Positions 59,947 to 64,000 of a stretch of DNA of 64,000 bases are shown in pieces. The notes below the pieces were generated by a model that worked only from the letters and a program-made list of their open reading frames with translations, was not told the origin of the DNA and made no database searches. A program made the position numbers and the translations under genes. The stretch lies in NCBI GenBank assembly GCA_965222155.1, contig CBDCTH010000012.1:1120001-1184000 (forward strand), read 5' to 3'. The stretch comes from Gammaproteobacteria bacterium (lineage in GTDB: Bacteria > Pseudomonadota > Gammaproteobacteria > Eutrophobiales > Eutrophobiaceae). How positions within the stretch are numbered: position 1 is the first letter of the stretch; each line of letters begins with the position of its first letter.

Positions 59947-62900
59947 CTACCGAACCCAATGGTTGGAGCGTTCATCCTCCCGCCTGGCTTCTTCCTCATA
60001 GTCTCTCGCCACACGTCGAAGTGAAGCGGCGGTTTTTGGCCATTCCATCTCGCATTGGCTTGCATATTGATGATATTTTTTTGCGAGTTCTCCTTCCTGT
60101 GATCTTCCTGTCTCAAAAGGGACGCTGCCGTTTTTATTATATATCCCGACCCTGAAGCCACGGACTAAATCATCGCTGTCGATTTCATCTATTACATCCC
60201 GTACCGGTAGGCTCGGCCACTCATCACTACATTCCGGATCCATCGCCAGAACCTCGCCAATACGCTCATCACACACTGCCAGGTGACCTGACTCTTCACA
60301 TTTTTCTCTGGCGTTCCTTACCCAATCCATCAGTTCCTGTTCATTGATTACTCCTGAATCACTTATTCCGGGTATCCTCCTCCATTGAGTTAATAACATA
60401 TACGCTTGATGCGCGCGTGCTTTTTCCTGTTCCGTGAGAGCTTGCTGGTTATCTTCCAACTCTTTATCCGAGCGAAAATTCATATGAATGAGTTGACAGA
60501 AGAATTCGGGATTCTGCTGTAAGGATTTTTCCAGGGTTACCGGAGATGACCCACTGTATTCATCCAGAAATTCAAGGTAGACCCACTCCAATTCAGCTAG
60601 TCTGGTCGAATCTATATCCAAGCATCTTTCTTGTAGATATTTAAATAATTCCTGGATTTTATACTTATCATCATTCACCACCACATCTTCAGGACTGATC
60701 TTATTTTGTGCTTTCAGTCTTATTTCTAAAGTTTCCAGTGTTATAATAACCAGAGTAGGATCAATCTTGCATTGGTCATACAAGGCCACATTCAATACGT
60801 CAATGGCTTGCAAAGGTCGTTCATAGTGGAGTAATTTTGTTACAGCGAACTCAATGTCTTCTTTCTTGCCATCTCGAACAAACGCTTGCACAAGCCCCCA
60901 ATAAAAAGCCTCGACACCAGTATTCTGCTTTTCCACCCATGCCCAGGTTTTTCGTTCAAAAGGTAAAACGGATAAAAATAAACCGGATTGTTCCGGTTGC
61001 CATGTCCTCACGGGAAGTTTTTCAACCCACTCCCAGCCTTTGTGTTCAAACAGCGCGCCGACAACGCCTGCAGCAAATTCTCTTTCCTGTTGATTTTCCG
61101 AACTCAACAGAAAAGGAATAATTTCGTCATTATCACTATATAGTGTGCTTTTTACATAAGTATTGCCTACGATATCTGGACGCTCGGATTCTCTGGCAAG
61201 CCTGAGGATATCTTTTAATCCGGCTTCCTTAAATATTCCCCATAAAGCCTGCTTTCTGTTTTGATAAATTGTTTCCGTTTGCTCTTGTCGGGAATTACCA
61301 GGATTGATTAAGCTTGGAGAATATGTCGTAAATAACCATAGGTGCTTAGCGACCAGGTCAACAGGTTCAAAACGGTTTTGTAATATCTCCAACCTGCCAA
61401 CAAAATCTGGTGGAATAGTCCAATTTATGACTGGGTTATGGTGTTTTTTTAGCTGTTTTCGTATGCTTTTCGTTATTTTTCTCCTGACCAATGTATCCAC
61501 CTCTGTCAGGTCCCATTGTTCCATACGATCGAGCAGATGTTTTTGTGTGGCTTGCGGAAGATGGTCAAACTCATCGAACAACTGTGACCATCGTTCGATA
61601 TCATTTCCCGCCATGGAAACCAAGTAGTCCGCACAAGCGGATATTTGTTGCCAATACCCGGCATAAGTAGGTGTGTACTCCCAACCCATAGACCAATCCC
61701 GCCATACTGGCATACGCGTATCCGAGGATGTCCTTAATACATTGGGCAGGAGGCTGATCAATAATTTCCAGGCTGTTTTCGGGGCTTTTTCTATCATCTT
61801 TTTTATCGCTTTTATTCTCTGTTCTGTCGAGGCGGTTGTGTGAGAATGCCAGGGCAGGAAAACCTGTTGCAGACTAGACAGGGGTCTGCTTGACCATTTT
61901 CTTTGCGGGTCGCATTGATACAAGCGCACAAGAATTAAACTCACGCGCGTAAGATAAGGCGGATTCCAGGCCAGTACTTCCAGTGTGTCTGACAATCCAT
62001 CGTATGCAGAAAATAAAACGGGTAAGAAAACATCAGAGTTATTAAACAATTTCTTCAGCGCAGGACTGTTGCGATTGATATCTTTTTCGACGGATGATAA
62101 GAACACATCGGGGGCAGCTTCTGCCAATACAGGTAACAAGTCGGACAAAGAAGCCCATTGTTGCCAGGAAGTCCTCTCATTCAGAAGGTTACTAACGATT
62201 TGTTCAGCCTCTCGCTCAGGGTTGATACCGCCTTGAAGCAGGCCGTTCCCGGATTTGCATCCCAACAAAGCCAGCGTTTCACAAATACCCGAACGGATCT
62301 GCGCGGAATATTTCAGTTCGCTATCGTGAAACGCAGTATAAGGTTGTTCCTCAGCAGGCAGGTCATGCCTGGAGTCCACCTCGCTGAGAACTTCTACTGC
62401 TATCTCCTCAAATGTAAGAAGGTCCTGTCGGGTTATATAGCTAGCCAACAGCATCCATGAATCTTCTCGTGACACCAGGCTACAGTTTGCCTGCACACGC
62501 AGGACGGGGGAGTCAATTTCATTCAGCCAGCGATTGATTATGTTTGCATTCTCTTCATACGACTCACCGGATAATTTCTCTATGGCGCGTTGATCGGCGT
62601 CAGACGTCTCGTCCCAAGCGCCGACTAAAATAAAAGGTATTAATTTTCGAGCATTGGATGATTGGCTCCATTCAGGCTGTTTTGTAGCAGGAGAACGGGA
62701 AATAGCGCGTTTTAATACGGTTAAACTCCCACCCGACTGGCGGGCAAGATCAGAAGCTTCTTGTTCTTTAAGACCGGAATTAGTCAATACTTTTTTTAAT
62801 TCGTATCGCTCGGGTCGTGGTAAACGAATTCGCTCATGTTTCGTGGAGAAACGGTGAGAGCAAAGCAGAACGTGATGGCCTTGACGCACGGCTTCAGTGA

Positions 62901-64000
62901 GCATTTCCATATCCATGAGCAAATCCGGTTCAGGGATTAACAGTAACGAATTGGGGGAGGTTGAGATGTCCCTCCATGCCTCCTTGTCGCGGATAATCAG
63001 TGTTCTTGCTGCCATTTTATGAGGATCGACTTTCAAATCCAGTGTGCATTCCGAGGTCTGTGTATAAACATGATACGCTGAAATAAAATCAATCACGTCA
63101 ACAGGGGAAGATGATTCAAAGGCAAGTACGGAAGGTGATGAATCCAGCCATTCCATAAGCCGTTCAATGGCTTTATCACGTGATACCAGGAACACTTCTG
63201 CAGTTAAGGACGGATTGGTGGATGCGGACAGATTTTCCCAATATCCTTCAAGATCAATGACTCCTTCCGGTCGAAGACCAAGCATACGTGCCAGCCAGTT
63301 GTCGACACCTCTGGACGCCTCCAGCCATTCTTCCAGGGCCTCAGAGTCGTACACTCTGACATCTTTCCAGATATTTAAATTTTTCTTCTCCAAACACCAC
63401 GCATCTTTACCCTGCCATTTTCGCAAAGTAACAAATATAAATGTCGACTGTTTTTTATCCACTCCATGTGAATTTGCAGTGCGTTTTGTGAAATCCTCCT
63501 CTGCCTTTTTTCGAAACTGTCTATTGACACTCATTGCCCATACACTCAGCCCCACAGGTACAAATTCGTTGCCGCGTGTTGACTCAACGAACCCATCCCA
63601 GCCCGGACTTTGTATGCCATCCAGAGCGGGAAATTGCACACGAAGAAGGTTGTCTGAATCAACAGTGCCGCGAACCAATCGTCGAACCAAGAGGGGCAAT
63701 GCAGATTGTGCATCAATATGGTCTGCCCACAGTTCCAACGTTATGGCTCTAACACGGTTTGATATTCTTCTGCTGCGCGGGGGCTGGGGTAACCTGGCAG
63801 TGCTTTCTTTCAGGGCCAGCCCGAACATTATTTCCCATTCAATCGTTTCCGGCTCCAGCTTAAGCGCTTTTGCGTACGATTCCAGAAGAGTTACAGAACG
63901 TGGGGGAGAGAGAATATTCCGTTCAAGTTTACTGATGTTACCCGGGTCTAATCCATTACGACGCGAGAATTCACGCAGGGACAAACCTAACGCCTTACGG
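59947..64000 (-). CDS. Large (>1345 aa) protein: N-terminal Xre HTH, restriction-endonuclease-like domain, helical C-terminus; 5' end outside the window
   Basis: Frame is open to the window edge (RKALGLSLREFSRRNGLDPGNISKLER HTH); LPLLVRRLV..PGWDG..FVP.G.SVW..KAEEDFTKRT..FIFVT.RKW..W.DVRVYD...LEEWLE; AT-rich. Confidence 0.75.
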   Translation of the reverse strand, partial: RKALGLSLREFSRRNGLDPGNISKLERNILSPPRSVTLLESYAKALKLEPETIEWEIMFGLALKESTARLPQPPRSRRISNRVRAITLELWADHIDAQSALPLLVRRLVRGTVDSDNLLRVQFPALDGIQSPGWDGFVESTRGNEFVPVGLSVWAMSVNRQFRKKAEEDFTKRTANSHGVDKKQSTFIFVTLRKWQGKDAWCLEKKNLNIWKDVRVYDSEALEEWLEASRGVDNWLARMLGLRPEGVIDLEGYWENLSASTNPSLTAEVFLVSRDKAIERLMEWLDSSPSVLAFESSSPVDVIDFISAYHVYTQTSECTLDLKVDPHKMAARTLIIRDKEAWRDISTSPNSLLLIPEPDLLMDMEMLTEAVRQGHHVLLCSHRFSTKHERIRLPRPERYELKKVLTNSGLKEQEASDLARQSGGSLTVLKRAISRSPATKQPEWSQSSNARKLIPFILVGAWDETSDADQRAIEKLSGESYEENANIINRWLNEIDSPVLRVQANCSLVSREDSWMLLASYITRQDLLTFEEIAVEVLSEVDSRHDLPAEEQPYTAFHDSELKYSAQIRSGICETLALLGCKSGNGLLQGGINPEREAEQIVSNLLNERTSWQQWASLSDLLPVLAEAAPDVFLSSVEKDINRNSPALKKLFNNSDVFLPVLFSAYDGLSDTLEVLAWNPPYLTRVSLILVRLYQCDPQRKWSSRPLSSLQQVFLPWHSHTTASTEQRIKAIKKMIEKAPKTAWKLLISLLPNVLRTSSDTRMPVWRDWSMGWEYTPTYAGYWQQISACADYLVSMAGNDIERWSQLFDEFDHLPQATQKHLLDRMEQWDLTEVDTLVRRKITKSIRKQLKKHHNPVINWTIPPDFVGRLEILQNRFEPVDLVAKHLWLFTTYSPSLINPGNSRQEQTETIYQNRKQALWGIFKEAGLKDILRLARESERPDIVGNTYVKSTLYSDNDEIIPFLLSSENQQEREFAAGVVGALFEHKGWEWVEKLPVRTWQPEQSGLFLSVLPFERKTWAWVEKQNTGVEAFYWGLVQAFVRDGKKEDIEFAVTKLLHYERPLQAIDVLNVALYDQCKIDPTLVIITLETLEIRLKAQNKISPEDVVVNDDKYKIQELFKYLQERCLDIDSTRLAELEWVYLEFLDEYSGSSPVTLEKSLQQNPEFFCQLIHMNFRSDKELEDNQQALTEQEKARAHQAYMLLTQWRRIPGISDSGVINEQELMDWVRNAREKCEESGHLAVCDERIGEVLAMDPECSDEWPSLPVRDVIDEIDSDDLVRGFRVGIYNKNGSVPFETGRSQEGELAKKYHQYASQCEMEWPKTAASLRRVARDYEEEARREDERSNHWVR

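Overview
Gammaproteobacterial-type chromosomal window (divergent guaAB/xseA, lipB-lipA, typA, yadGH-like ABC pair) in four zones. (1) 1-22.7 kb: a co-directional aromatic-catabolism cluster with a lower meta-cleavage pathway (dmpC/E/F/G/H-like), a YCF48-like lipoprotein + RND/MMPL + DUF1302 + two DUF1329 genes, a NahD-like isomerase, a catabolic (NpRdhA-type) cobalamin reductive dehalogenase overlapping an HpaB-family monooxygenase, a 2Fe-2S ferredoxin, an intradiol dioxygenase and an Mct-like CoA transferase. (2) 22.7-33 kb: typA, TonB receptor, MFS, Meh-like hydratase, MoaD-like protein, a ~10-copy ~175-bp tandem array and a PQQ sugar dehydrogenase. (3) 33-50.2 kb: a decayed island downstream of guaA with four IS elements (ends readable, some nested), an IS1111-like left-end relic, HigBA, an Xre-RES-exonuclease operon, three AAA/DUF4143 ATPase copies, an FTCD-ImmA fusion and a guaA att-like duplicate. 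(4) 50.2-64 kb: housekeeping genes, a RelE-HTH pair between inverted 9-mer repeats and a >1345-aa HTH/nuclease-like protein running off the end. Intergenic regions carry several nested palindromic miniature-element families. All product calls come from motif recognition by eye; no database searches were run.
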